NCBI GenBank assembly: GCA_027491415.1 | Contig: JAOZFH010000028.1 | Location: 1-64,000 of the forward strand | Source: Thermoproteota archaeon | GTDB taxonomy: Archaea; Korarchaeota; Korarchaeia; Korarchaeales; Korarchaeaceae | Direction: 5' to 3' | Length of the DNA stretch: 64,000 nucleotides | The notes under the pieces: model-generated | Told to the model about the DNA's origin: nothing | Databases searched by the model: none | What the model saw: the letters and a program-made list of their open reading frames with translations, nothing else | Program-made: the position numbers and the translations under genes | Shown here: positions 47,216 through 57,219 of the stretch, one piece after another | Position numbering within the stretch: the first letter of the stretch is position 1 | Layout: every line of letters starts with the position of its first letter

Positions 47216-47494
47216 GAATCCACACCGCTGCGCCCCTCACCCTAGAGACCATAAACCCCACCGCTGGCGGAGCCGAGGCTCCGCCGACGCGACCCCTGCG
47301 AGGATAGTCGGCCGATCCCTCCCCCAGTGGAGGAGCTTCGACGAGAACTAGCACGGGACGGGATGGGCATGGGGGTGAACGTCGCTGGCGCCTGCGTCGG
47401 GCCGCCTCCGCCTCGACGAAGTTTCCACCCGCGGGCGTCTTTCTTACCAAGTTCGCGGTCATAAGTAAATACCAGATCCGCCGCGCGCCGTCCG

Positions 47495-48730
47495 GTGAGG
47501 CCCGGCCTCGGAAGGGCGCTGTCAAGCGTGGGAAAGTTTGGAAGAAACGCCAAGCTCCTGCTCACGGCCACCGCAGTTTCTGGTCTCACTCAGGGGGCCT
47601 ACTTCTCGGTTTGGCAGCTCTACCTCAAGTCCGCGGGCTACGGGGGCACTTGGATAGGCACCTACGCCCTGATCGGCACCGTCGTGGCCACCCTCCTGAA
47701 GCTCCCCGCTGGCCTCCTGGCGGACAGGTTCAGGAGGAAGTGGATCGCGGCCGTCAGCTTCGCGGCTGCGGCCCTGTCGGGCGCCGTGGTGGCGCTCTCG
47801 GTGTCCGAGGGGGCGCTAATACTCTCGGCGGCCGTCGGCGGGGTGGGGTGGTGGCTGGGGGGACCGGCCTGGAGCGCCCTGTTTGCAGAGAGTGTCGAAG
47901 ACGCGGGAATGGACCTCGGGTTCAGCGTCTCGGCCTTCGTCAGCAGCGCGGCCACCTCCGTCGGAAACCTGATGGGTTGGATTCCCGAGCTCCTCGTGCG
48001 ATCCCTGGGACTGGGGTACTTCGAGGCCTACAGGTGGTTCATGTGGCTCGTGGTGGCCATAGAGGCCTCCTCTATCCTCCCGATCATCCTAGTCTCGGAG
48101 AGGTTCCGCCCACGGGCGCGGGGTTCAGGGGGCCTGATGAAGTTGGGGATGTCCTCAAAGAGGCTGATCTCGGCGGTGGTGGTCACCTATTCCCTAATAG
48201 GCTTTGGAGCGGGTCTCTCGATCCCCCTCTTGGGGTACTACTTCAGCGTGAAGTTCGGAATCGAGTCCGGCCCGATAGGGACGCTGTTCGCCGTGACAAA
48301 CGTGGCCGCAGCTCCCGCCTTTCTCTTGGCCGCTGAGGTGTCGGCCAGGCTGGGCACCGTGAGGGGCGCCGCGGCGCTTCAGGCCGCTTCGATCCCCCTC
48401 TTGGCCCTGATACCCCTCGCACCGAGCTTCGCCGCGGCTTCCGCCCTCTACATCCCGAGGTCGGTCCTCATGAACATGGCCAACCCCCTGATCAGCGCCT
48501 TGGTGATGGAGCTGACCCCAGAGGCGGAGAGGGGGACTGTGGCCTCGATCTCTCAGCTCTCTTGGAACCTGCCCAACTCCGTGGCCCAGCAGATCGGCGG
48601 GTTTGTCATGGACACCCTCTCCTTGGATGCGCCGCTGTACGCTACCTCCGGCATCTACGCAATCTACGTTACCGCGTTTTACCTGATGTTCGGCGGCCTC
48701 GAGCGCGAGCGCGGGATCGGCGGCGAGTGA
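47495..48730 (+). CDS. MFS transporter
   Basis: About 12 TMs and motif A GLLADRFRRK. Confidence 0.9.
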   Translation: MRPGLGRALSSVGKFGRNAKLLLTATAVSGLTQGAYFSVWQLYLKSAGYGGTWIGTYALIGTVVATLLKLPAGLLADRFRRKWIAAVSFAAAALSGAVVALSVSEGALILSAAVGGVGWWLGGPAWSALFAESVEDAGMDLGFSVSAFVSSAATSVGNLMGWIPELLVRSLGLGYFEAYRWFMWLVVAIEASSILPIILVSERFRPRARGSGGLMKLGMSSKRLISAVVVTYSLIGFGAGLSIPLLGYYFSVKFGIESGPIGTLFAVTNVAAAPAFLLAAEVSARLGTVRGAAALQAASIPLLALIPLAPSFAAASALYIPRSVLMNMANPLISALVMELTPEAERGTVASISQLSWNLPNSVAQQIGGFVMDTLSLDAPLYATSGIYAIYVTAFYLMFGGLERERGIGGE

Positions 48731-49009
48731 CTGGGGGTCGGCAGCTGTACCCTCAGTTTCCTCCCCAGATCGCCCGAGCGCGCGTTGTGGGGGAACCGCG
48801 TCTCCACCCAGATCTCTAGGGTTTGAACTGCCGACTATTTGAGGAATTTGAAGCGCGACTGGAGCTTTGATAGCGCACCTCGAGGAGGCCGTTGGGGGGT
48901 CAGCAGGCCAACAGACCTCATCTCCATCTCCATGGGATCAGCGGAGTAACCCTTCTTCACACCCCCTGCTGCTTGACGCCGGGTCCTAAAAGAGGAGCCC
49001 CCTTCCGGA

Positions 49010-49438
49010 CTACTGCCTGAGGCGTTCGTCTAAGAAGATCACATCCACGTCGAACGGCTCTATCTTCATCTCCTTCTCGAGTTCTCTCTCCCGCTTGGCG
49101 AACACGGCCGCCCGCCCCTTGAACGAGTTCGGCCAGAGCTATGACGTAACAGTCAGCTGGGGAGATGGACCTCTCTCACCTGATGTCCTCCGCCCTCTCG
49201 TCCAGCGAGCCGTCTTCGACCACCTCCACAACCCCGCCCTCTCTGAGGGACTTCACCAGGTCACCGGTGACGGCCCTCCCGCGGATCCTGCACACCACAT
49301 AGAAGGTCTCTGACAGGACTACCCTGGGGACGTAGACCTCCCCGCGGGAGGACAGAACGCCTCCTCCACCAGGTCAGCCAGGTCCTCCCCCAGTAGGTAC
49401 GCCAGGAGCACGCTGTCAACTGAGAGTCTCTTGGGCAG
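49010..49438 (-). pseudogene. vapC: VapC PIN toxin pseudogene
   Basis: Fragments LSVDSVLLAYLLGE, VLSETFYVVCR, SISPADCYVIALAE and FAKRERELEKEM..PFDVDVIFL are broken by frameshifts and a stop. Confidence 0.75.
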
Positions 49439-49699
49439 ATCTCCGCAGGCGCTCAAGTCTCTCCCCCTCGTGATCCCTCAGCTCCGATATCAGGGTCTCC
49501 ACAGCCTCCTCCCTCCCTCTCAGGATCCCCTTCATGGACCTCAGCCTCCCTCTCGCCATCTTAACGCGCCTCCTCTCCTCGAGCAAGGTTATCATGGCTT
49601 CGTCAAAGCTGACCCTCCTGCCGGGCCTTACCTGTAGCTCGGATGCAAACTTCGGAAGCTCCCTCTTGGTCTTATCGCTGACTTAATGGTGGTAGGCAC
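49416..49699 (-). pseudogene. vapB: VapB-type (RHH) antitoxin pseudogene
   Basis: MPTTIK, then a frameshift, then SDKTKREL..FASELQ...GRRVSFDEAM..LLEE. Overlaps the vapC remnant. Confidence 0.7.
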
Positions 49700-50951
49700 C
49701 TATAGAATCTACTGAAACTACAGCTTTTATAGAACAGCTTTTATAGATTAGATTGAGTTGGATTCGCGTCTGCTGGATTCGCTGGGGGCGGGCCACCTCA
49801 AGAATGGGTGCGGCCGCCGCGATGAGCGCGGCGGCGATCCACATGGCCGCGTTCATCCCCCAGAACCCCGTTATGACGCCCCCTAACCCGTTTCCGAGCG
49901 CCTCGGATATGGACCCCATCGCCGATGTCACGGAGCTGGCCGCCGCCTTCTCATCCGGGGCGAGAGAGATCGCCAGCGCGTTCCTGGCCGAGTAGTGGAG
50001 GGCGAAGAGCGGGATCACCATTAGGGCGGCCAGGACCTTGAAGTCGCTGACCAGGGATCCGACGACGAAGTAGAGCGCGTATAGGAGGCATGAGGCCGTG
50101 AAGGCCCTAATGCCGCCGATCCTGTCCACGATCCTCCCGTAGATGGGGCCCATGATCGCGCCTGTTAGGCCGGCCGCAGACACCAGAAGCCCCATGACCG
50201 CATCCGACCTGCTGGAGGCCTCGAACACCTTGAGGGAGAAGGCGACGTAGAACGTTGAGATGGCGGAACTCGCGAGCAGGAGAGAGGGCACGATCCTCCC
50301 CGTGTCCCCGGGCCACCTGAGGCCCAGCGCAGACCTGACGGCCCGGAGGAAATCCGGCCTCTCAAGCCTGCCTTCCTCGCGCACGGTAGCCAGGGCCGCG
50401 ACGGCCAGGCTTGACAGGGCAGAGGCCATCAGGAGGGTTCTCCTGAGGCCCAGCCACTCGGTCAGGAGGCCCCCGATCAGAACTCCGACCGTGAAGCCCA
50501 CCTCCATGGCCATGAAGTAGTCGCCGGCGGCCGCGCCTCCCGGGCTCCTGTCGGCTAGGAACGCTATGATCACGGGCTCCTCCGAGAGGAAGAAGTACCA
50601 GGCCACCACTATCGGCAGCCAGGAGGACGGTCCGGTCAGCGCGATCGCTAGGGGGAAGAGGGGGTTCAGCGCCGCGGCCGCGAGCATCAGCGGCTTCCTG
50701 GCCCCCATCTGATCGCTCAGCGACCCATATATCCTCGTCCCGAGGAAGTAGGCGAGGGCGGGGACCCCCCTGATGAGCGCGTACTCCAGGACCGAGCCCC
50801 TCTCGTAGGTCTCAAACGCCACGTAGAGGAAGGTCATGCTCCAGCTCAGGTCCCTGAGGAAGGCCGCGATGAGCACCTTCCACCTGTCGGCCAAGAGACC
50901 GCCCTCGACGCCCCGAGCGAGCCGATCATAAAAAGGAGAGAGGGCCCCCAC
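49683..50951 (-). CDS. MFS transporter
   Basis: About 12 TMs with GSLSDQMGARKP and GRIVDRIG motifs. Confidence 0.88.
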   Translation of the reverse strand: MGALSPFYDRLARGVEGGLLADRWKVLIAAFLRDLSWSMTFLYVAFETYERGSVLEYALIRGVPALAYFLGTRIYGSLSDQMGARKPLMLAAAALNPLFPLAIALTGPSSWLPIVVAWYFFLSEEPVIIAFLADRSPGGAAAGDYFMAMEVGFTVGVLIGGLLTEWLGLRRTLLMASALSSLAVAALATVREEGRLERPDFLRAVRSALGLRWPGDTGRIVPSLLLASSAISTFYVAFSLKVFEASSRSDAVMGLLVSAAGLTGAIMGPIYGRIVDRIGGIRAFTASCLLYALYFVVGSLVSDFKVLAALMVIPLFALHYSARNALAISLAPDEKAAASSVTSAMGSISEALGNGLGGVITGFWGMNAAMWIAAALIAAAAPILEVARPQRIQQTRIQLNLIYKSCSIKAVVSVDSIGAYHH

Positions 50952-50965
50952 CCCCCGGGAGTCCC

Positions 50966-51718
50966 GTGCGCGGTCACAGCGAGGTGTACAGTCACCCCCT
51001 CTACTACGACGTCGCCTTTGGCTGGGATCCGACGCTAGAGGTCGAGTTTTATCTGGAGGTCTTTGAGAGACACGCGGGGGGCGTTAGGACGGTGCTGGAG
51101 CTTGGGTGCGGCACCGGACGCCTCTTGACTGAAGTCGCTAGGGGGGGTCCCTACTCCGTGGGCCTCGACATCAACCCTGAGATGGCGAGATTCGCCGCGG
51201 GGAGGATCCGCCAGTCGGGGGCGCCGGCTGACGTGGTGAGGGCTGATATGACCGAGTTCAGCCTCACCGGAATCGATGCCGCCTTCTCGGCCGTCAACAC
51301 GATCTCCGCTCTGCTCACCGACGAAGCGCTGATGTCCCACTATCTCTCCGTCTCGAGAGCCCTGAGGAGGGGAGGGGTGTACGTGGTTGACGCGTCGCTG
51401 AATCCCTCGCCCGGGGACCGGGAGGAGTGGGAGGAGGAGAGGGACGGACTGTCGGTGAGGGCCGTGTGGGAGGTCTTAGACGTCGTCACCGAGAGGCAGG
51501 TGCTGGACAGGCTGAAGCTCGTCGTGAACGAGCGTGAGAGGGTGTTCGAGCTCGTGGACGAGTCGCCGTCCCGCAGGCTATCCTTGGGAGACCTGTCAGA
51601 GTTGCCAAGGAGGTTCGGACTAGAGCCGGTTGCGTGGTACCTGTCTTTTGATCCCGAGGCTGAGGTGGGCGCTCCACCGGCGAGGGGGAGGGTGATCGCC
51701 GTTCTCAAGAAGGTGTAG
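50966..51718 (+). CDS. Class I SAM-dependent methyltransferase (copy 1, intact)
   Basis: VLELGCGTGR, GLDINPEM, ADM and L..GGVYVVD. Confidence 0.92.
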   Translation: MRGHSEVYSHPLYYDVAFGWDPTLEVEFYLEVFERHAGGVRTVLELGCGTGRLLTEVARGGPYSVGLDINPEMARFAAGRIRQSGAPADVVRADMTEFSLTGIDAAFSAVNTISALLTDEALMSHYLSVSRALRRGGVYVVDASLNPSPGDREEWEEERDGLSVRAVWEVLDVVTERQVLDRLKLVVNERERVFELVDESPSRRLSLGDLSELPRRFGLEPVAWYLSFDPEAEVGAPPARGRVIAVLKKV

Positions 51719-52000
51719 GTGGTTCCCTTAGGCGGACGTCATAGTTCGAGTTGGGCCCACCCCAAGGTAAAGTCTCCCTCCGCGGCGTCGGAGTTCAATC
51801 GCCAGGCGGGCTGGATTCTGAAGGCCCCAGGAGGGCTTCGACGAGTTCCAGGGGTCAGAACACTCGCGCGTCTTGGCTACTGGGCATAAAAAGAGAGTGA
51901 ACCTGGATTGGGTGCGTAAGAACAAAATAATCGGAACGGGGCCGGAGCATCTTGGGCTATTTGAAATTTAATCAGACTATATAAAGACTAGAAAATTCTC

Positions 52001-52017
52001 GAAAAAAGCCTTATATA
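52001..52017 (+). promoter_or_regulatory. BRE-TATA promoter of the island operon
   Basis: GAAAAAAGCC-TTATATA ends about 27 nt before ATG 52044, suggesting a leaderless transcript. Confidence 0.65.
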
Positions 52018-52043
52018 CTACAAACTCTGCCTAAGACTCCGAG

Positions 52044-52430
52044 ATGCGGCGAAAGAGTATCCGCGAAGTCTGTAAATGCATCATCCTGTCCGTTCTCATA
52101 ACTTCGGTATCGCTGCTATTAGCGGTACCCTCGTCGTTTCAGCCACTATCTATACCCGTGTCGGACGAGAACACCGATGTCGGATACTTCACTTGGGCGT
52201 GGGCCTATGTGTCGGCTAGCTACAATCCACGCACGAACACTTACTCGAATTGGTTCCACGACTATGATTATGGTAGTGTAGTTAGCTGGGTGACAGCTCA
52301 AAGAGGAATCTATCAGACAGGGGATTCTCCATACGGGGGATTCACGCTAATATGCACGAACGCAGTCTTGCCTGATGGAAGCGTGAGGTATAACGGTGCG
52401 TGCGCGTACGCAGAAATAGGTTCTCCTTGA
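52044..52430 (+). CDS. Small secreted Tyr/Trp/Ser/Thr-rich protein (candidate archaeocin or signal-peptide precursor)
   Basis: Basic N-terminus plus hydrophobic signal. The mature region (~95 aa) is aromatic-rich with two Cys. Confidence 0.7.
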   Translation: MRRKSIREVCKCIILSVLITSVSLLLAVPSSFQPLSIPVSDENTDVGYFTWAWAYVSASYNPRTNTYSNWFHDYDYGSVVSWVTAQRGIYQTGDSPYGGFTLICTNAVLPDGSVRYNGACAYAEIGSP

Positions 52431-52446
52431 CGCGAGGGGGCTGGAC

Positions 52447-53472
52447 ATGGATCTTAAGAACAAGAAGAGACCCTTTGCCCCCCCTCTTCCTTTTCTCTTA
52501 GCGGTGATCGTAAGTGGGTTCGCAGCCTCACATGCGCTCGCTCAAGAGCCCCTCCCGATACAGGAGATCAAGGTAGCATTTGGGGGAGCAGGGTCGTTCT
52601 GCCAGCTAGTGTTGGATGACGGGGGCGTTGTCAGCACGGCCTTCGGTGGATCTGTCCTTGGCACTTACGGCTGGGAGCTGCTCGGATACGAGGGTCGGTT
52701 TGCGAGGCTGAGGGTCTGGCTGAGCGTCAATGCAACTAGAATGGAGTACAAGGGAAGGGAGTTCAGCGAGAGGGCCAGGAGCGGGGATCTCTCGTTTGTC
52801 AAGAGGGTAAAGATTAGCTCCCTCAAATACCTCTCGGCACGCGGAAATACCGTGATGATGGAGGGAAACTTCTCGATCTTTCATGAAGAGGAGGTGCTGC
52901 TGGACCCTGCAACCAATATGCTAGTCGATTCTGCGGGAGAGCCGTGGGGAAGGTTTCTCCTTTGGATAAATCCGGCCAGAGTTCCATTTAGCGGTTCAAT
53001 TCGTGAGGTCGCCATAGTGAGGTGGCTTGGAAATGAGACCTTGGAGTGGAACGTGAGCAGGGAGACTCTTCCCGAGCCCATCGATGTGCCTGGCCTCGTA
53101 GCGTCGCGAGTGATTCAAGCCACAGCGGAGATAGGCTTCGAGCATCCAGTAGCTGGGGCATACATATCCTCCCTAGACGCCGTGTATGATGAGGGGACAG
53201 GAGCCTTCTTGGGCGCGCCAGCCGCTTACGCGGACGACTTCCTAACTCAGAAAGCTGGCGTGGTGCTCCTGCTGTGCGTTAACCTAGGAGGAGAGGGGCA
53301 GCAAAGGACTTTCGGGATAAGAGCGATCGAGGTTGTATCCCAACCACAGGTGGAGAGAACGAGCACTTACCTTGACCCCTGGCTACTCCGCCAGGCCGCC
53401 TTGGCTGCCATCGCGGTGATCGCGGCTATATGCCTTCTCTTAGCGGCTGGGCGGTCGATGAGGATTGGCTGA
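52447..53472 (+). CDS. Extracellular protein with signal peptide and C-terminal TM anchor
   Basis: Signal ending ALA-Q. C-terminal AALAAIAVIAAICLLLAAGR. Confidence 0.75.
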   Translation: MDLKNKKRPFAPPLPFLLAVIVSGFAASHALAQEPLPIQEIKVAFGGAGSFCQLVLDDGGVVSTAFGGSVLGTYGWELLGYEGRFARLRVWLSVNATRMEYKGREFSERARSGDLSFVKRVKISSLKYLSARGNTVMMEGNFSIFHEEEVLLDPATNMLVDSAGEPWGRFLLWINPARVPFSGSIREVAIVRWLGNETLEWNVSRETLPEPIDVPGLVASRVIQATAEIGFEHPVAGAYISSLDAVYDEGTGAFLGAPAAYADDFLTQKAGVVLLLCVNLGGEGQQRTFGIRAIEVVSQPQVERTSTYLDPWLLRQAALAAIAVIAAICLLLAAGRSMRIG

Positions 53473-54376
53473 CAGGTTAGTAGTTGCAAGCAACCTGACG
53501 AAGTCCTTCGGCCGCACAAGGGCCTTGAAGTCCGTGAGTTTTGCGCTCGATCGCGGGATTCACAGCCTAATTGGGCCGAACGGCGCAGGCAAGACGACGC
53601 TCCTCAGAATCCTGGCTGGCCTATTGAGGCCGAATCGTGGAGAGGTCAGGGTACTGGGGTTAGACCCCACGCACGAAGGAGAGAGGGTCTCGCTAATGCG
53701 GAGAGTTGGAATCGTTCACGAGAACCCTTCCTTCCCGCTTTGGGCTACTGGAAGGTCGCTGTTGGAGAGGGCCGCCAAGATGAAGGGAGTCTCTGACGTA
53801 GTAGGAGAGGTCAAGAGGGTCGCTGAACTGACCGGATGCTCAGAATACATAGGTAGGAAGACGGGAGAGTACTCGGCCGGAATGAAGCAGAGGCTCGAGA
53901 TAGCTCTCGCGCTCATCGGAGACCCCGAACTTGTTTTGATGGATGAACCAACCTCTAATCTCGATCCAATTGGTCGCTCACGTGTCTTGAGACTGATTTC
54001 CAGGCTTCACAGGAGTTCGGGGGTTAACTTCATAATATCGACTCACGCACTGAGCGGGTTAGAGCCCATTATTACAGAAATTCTCTTCCTTAGAGAGGGG
54101 CGACTAATACTCAGCGGTAGGTTCGACGAGTTGAAGGAGAGCTTGGGCAGGTGGGTGCTTTTGGTAAGCGAATCTGCCCGCCAGGAGCTTGAAGTTGGTT
54201 TCTCAGCTAGGCTTGCAGTCTCGAGGCCCGGGAGGTACGGAGTGATCTCAAGCGAGATTGTGGAACTTCTGTCTTGGCTATGCGCACGGGCCGAGAGAGG
54301 AGAAGTCCCAGCGGGGGTTGAGCTGAGAGAATTGTCGTTGGATGAGCTTTTTGAAGTAGTAGTGAAGGGGGGATAA
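53465..54376 (+). CDS. ABC transporter ATP-binding protein
   Basis: GPNGAGKTT, YSAGMKQR, MDEPT and STH. Confidence 0.93.
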   Translation: MADRLVVASNLTKSFGRTRALKSVSFALDRGIHSLIGPNGAGKTTLLRILAGLLRPNRGEVRVLGLDPTHEGERVSLMRRVGIVHENPSFPLWATGRSLLERAAKMKGVSDVVGEVKRVAELTGCSEYIGRKTGEYSAGMKQRLEIALALIGDPELVLMDEPTSNLDPIGRSRVLRLISRLHRSSGVNFIISTHALSGLEPIITEILFLREGRLILSGRFDELKESLGRWVLLVSESARQELEVGFSARLAVSRPGRYGVISSEIVELLSWLCARAERGEVPAGVELRELSLDELFEVVVKGG

Positions 54377-54379
54377 ATC

Positions 54380-55192
54380 ATGAAGGGCTCTCTCAGTCAG
54401 CTGATGTGGGAATTGAGAGGTCTCCTCAGGTTTCCGATACTTGAGGCTTACGTCGCGATACTAACTCTTGCATCTTGTTGGCATGCCATGACAGGAGGGA
54501 TACGCATTGGACTATCTTCACAGGTCTTCCTGAGGGAGATCTTCGAGTCGTCGCTAGTCCGGGCTTGCGCGTGTGCCGCCCTGTACGGATCGCTGACCTG
54601 GGGAATCCTCAATGCAACGCTAGTTTCATCCGCTGCCGCCATAGTCTTCGCCCGAGAGTGTGAGGGAGGGTACCTCAGATACTCGCTCTCCCTGCCCTTG
54701 AGCAGGGGATGTCTATTTGGGGTGAAGTTCTTAGCCATGTCAGCACTTTTGGTGCTGGCTCACTTGATCTCAATGCTCTTCTCGCTGCTGGCGTCCTGCC
54801 CATCTTACGCGCCTTCCTCCATCGTCTTTATCCTGAGGAACTTTCCCCTGTTCTTCGCTGGGTTTTTGGCCTCCTTAGCAGTTCCCACGGCCATAGCGAC
54901 CCTAGTGGCTGTGGTCTCAAGGAACTCCATCGTGACACTAGTCTCAACAATGCTCCTAGATCACGCGATTCGGACTATCTCCCTCCTGTTAGCCGCATCA
55001 AATCCTACCATCTCCCTGCTGGGATCCGGAGCCGCGTTAGCTGCCGCGGCTATGACAGTCAAGCCAGATTCTCCAGCCGCTCTCCTATTTGAGCAGATGA
55101 CCTATCGGTCCTTAGCGCTCTCTATGGCCCTAGCGAGCCCTATGATTGTAGCAGCCTACAGCTACTTCTCCAGAGTGCTCGAGGTGACCTAG
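54380..55192 (+). CDS. ABC-2-type permease
   Basis: About six TMs and ARECEGGYLRYSLSLPLSR...GVKF. Confidence 0.85.
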   Translation: MKGSLSQLMWELRGLLRFPILEAYVAILTLASCWHAMTGGIRIGLSSQVFLREIFESSLVRACACAALYGSLTWGILNATLVSSAAAIVFARECEGGYLRYSLSLPLSRGCLFGVKFLAMSALLVLAHLISMLFSLLASCPSYAPSSIVFILRNFPLFFAGFLASLAVPTAIATLVAVVSRNSIVTLVSTMLLDHAIRTISLLLAASNPTISLLGSGAALAAAAMTVKPDSPAALLFEQMTYRSLALSMALASPMIVAAYSYFSRVLEVT

Positions 55193-55193
55193 T

Positions 55194-55697
55194 GTGGAGC
55201 CTCTCGCGCGTAGAGCTATCACGATTTGGGCGGTAGCGTCTGCGGCGTGGCTTATAGCGCTCTTGGCGTCGTCAATTCAGCCTTTTTACCCGATGGAGCG
55301 GGGAAGCTTTAGGGTGTGGCCTAACGGCGTGGAGTACTCGCTGATATACCTCCCCGTCGAGAGGCAGGTGCGAATCAGACTATTTGCAGAGTCCACGCTG
55401 ACGGGAACACTCGCAGTCCTCGATTTAAATGGTAATGAACTTAAATCATGCTCTGTGGCTGGCCCGACTATCTTGAGTTTTTCCCCTGAAAGGAGAGGAG
55501 GCTACGTCATTGCCCTGAAAAGTTCCTCTGATCGCGACGAGGCGTACTCCCTAGAAGTTGAGGTTCAGCCGGGTCTCCCACATTCCTCCCTAGAGAGGCC
55601 AGTCGTATCCTTGGCTATGTCAGCTCTTCTCCTAGTTCTCTTTAGACTTTGGTCAGATCGACGTTCGAGGTACCACGGGGGTGGCGCGAGTATCTAA
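55194..55697 (+). CDS. Membrane protein with an extracellular beta-sandwich between two TMs
   Basis: N- and C-terminal hydrophobic helices flank a beta-rich core (GGYVIAL...YSLEVEV). Confidence 0.65.
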   Translation: MEPLARRAITIWAVASAAWLIALLASSIQPFYPMERGSFRVWPNGVEYSLIYLPVERQVRIRLFAESTLTGTLAVLDLNGNELKSCSVAGPTILSFSPERRGGYVIALKSSSDRDEAYSLEVEVQPGLPHSSLERPVVSLAMSALLLVLFRLWSDRRSRYHGGGASI

Positions 55698-56456
55698 AGA
55701 ACTACCGCAGAGCTTGAGTGGAGTGTACAGTCACCCGCTCTACTATGACATAGCCTTCGGGTGGGATCCGACTCGAGAAGCCGACTTTTACTGTGAGGTA
55801 TTCAAGAGACACGCAGGAAGCGTGCGGAGAGTGTTGGAGCTGGGATGCGGCACTAGGGGGATATTAATCGAGCTGGCCAAGAGGGGTTTCTACTGCGTTG
55901 GACTCGATATAAGCCCCGAGATGGCGAAATTCTGCGCGAGGAAGGCCCGGCGCCTTGGGGTACCAGTTGAGGTTCTCAGAGCAGATATGACCGACTTCCA
56001 CATATCAGGATTCGACGCGGCATACTCGGCCATCAACAGGTATCCGCATTGCTCACAGACGAGAAGCTAGAGTTGCACTACTCTTGCGTTTCCAAGGCGC
56101 TGAGAACAGGGGGAGTCTACGTGATAGACGCGGCCCTGAACCCGTCGCCCGGAGACCGAGAGGAGTGGGAAGAGGAGAGAGACGGGATCACTGTGAGGGC
56201 AGAGAGGGAGGTCGTGAACCTGCTCCCAAGAGGGCGCGTGCTGGACAGGCTTAGGCTGGTCGTCAGAGAGCGAGGGAAGTCGTTCGAACTCCTCGACGAG
56301 TCGCCGTCTCGGAGGATGTCCCCAGCCGATCTGTCAGAGTTGCCAGGGAGGTTTGGGCTGGAACCGGTCGCGTGGTACCTGTCCTTTGATCCCGAGGACG
56401 AGGTGAACTCGCCACCGGAGAGGGGAAGAGTGATCGCAGTTCTCAGAAGGGTGTGA
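55681..56456 (+). pseudogene. Class I SAM methyltransferase (copy 2, single frameshift near 56040)
   Basis: Close paralogue of 50966-51718 (VYSHPLYYD.AFGWDPT, LNPSPGDREEWEEERDG, WYLSFDPE), split across two ORFs by a 1-nt deletion. Confidence 0.85.
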
Positions 56457-56464
56457 GCTTCGGG

Positions 56465-56487
56465 TCTGGAAGTCCAACACTTCCAGA
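56465..56487. terminator. Perfect 9-bp hairpin after methyltransferase copy 2
   Basis: TCTGGAAGT-CCAAC-ACTTCCAGA. Confidence 0.4.
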
Positions 56488-56805
56488 TTCACATTACCAA
56501 CCTCTCAAAGTGCAAGAGGCATCCTTCTTGCGCTCGAGCGGCCGGGAGCTGGATCAACACCGCTCTCTCGCAAATCTACACTTGATTCCAAGGGTAGCTT
56601 AACCAGAGAGTGGCCTCAGACCGTCATGTGGGAAGGGTCCCTGACTCCTCCCAAAACGCCCGTATTTGGTCCTGAGGTGCGAACGCTCAGGGGCCGCCAG
56701 CGTAGGGCTCTGGACTCCTGTTCACGACCTCCTCTGTGAACTGGAACACCGCCCTCCTGACCTGACAGAACCTCCCACGACGCGCGTCACTTCAAACAGC
56801 GGCTC

Positions 56806-57219
56806 TCAGCTCACGAAAATGTCTACAAACTCCCAGGGTGTCAACACTCTAACTCCCTTTACCCAACCAAAGTGCCTCCTGTTGTGCGTGATTATGTCAG
56901 CCTTGAGGAGGACGGCCTGCGCCCCGACGATGTAGTCCCTGGCGTGGTGCCTGAAGGGCAGCCTCCTCCTGTTGTCGTAGGCCGCCTCCGCCGCCATCCT
57001 GGCTGCCTCCCTCGATATCGACGGGACCTCGGCCCTCAGCGCCTTGAGATCCTCCTCCAGATCCTCGGCGCTCAGCCCCGAGTAGATGTACCAGAGGGCC
57101 GTCTCAGCGTAGACCACGGGGCTGACGTAGACGCTGATTCGCTCAGAGTTCAACCTGAGCCACGCTAGGAAGGACCTCTCCCTGAAGGCGGTGCTGTCAA
57201 GCATTACTCTCGAGCTCAA
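56806..57219 (-). CDS. vapC: VapC PIN-domain toxin
   Basis: MLDSTAF, VSPVVYAE, RDYIVGAQA and ITHNRRHF. Confidence 0.9.
   Translation of the reverse strand: MSSRVMLDSTAFRERSFLAWLRLNSERISVYVSPVVYAETALWYIYSGLSAEDLEEDLKALRAEVPSISREAARMAAEAAYDNRRRLPFRHHARDYIVGAQAVLLKADIITHNRRHFGWVKGVRVLTPWEFVDIFVS

Noticed and set aside
47266-47285. GC hairpin GGCGGAGCC-GA-GGCTCCGCC
   Set aside because: A single short palindrome in GC-rich DNA between divergent genes, with no supporting context.
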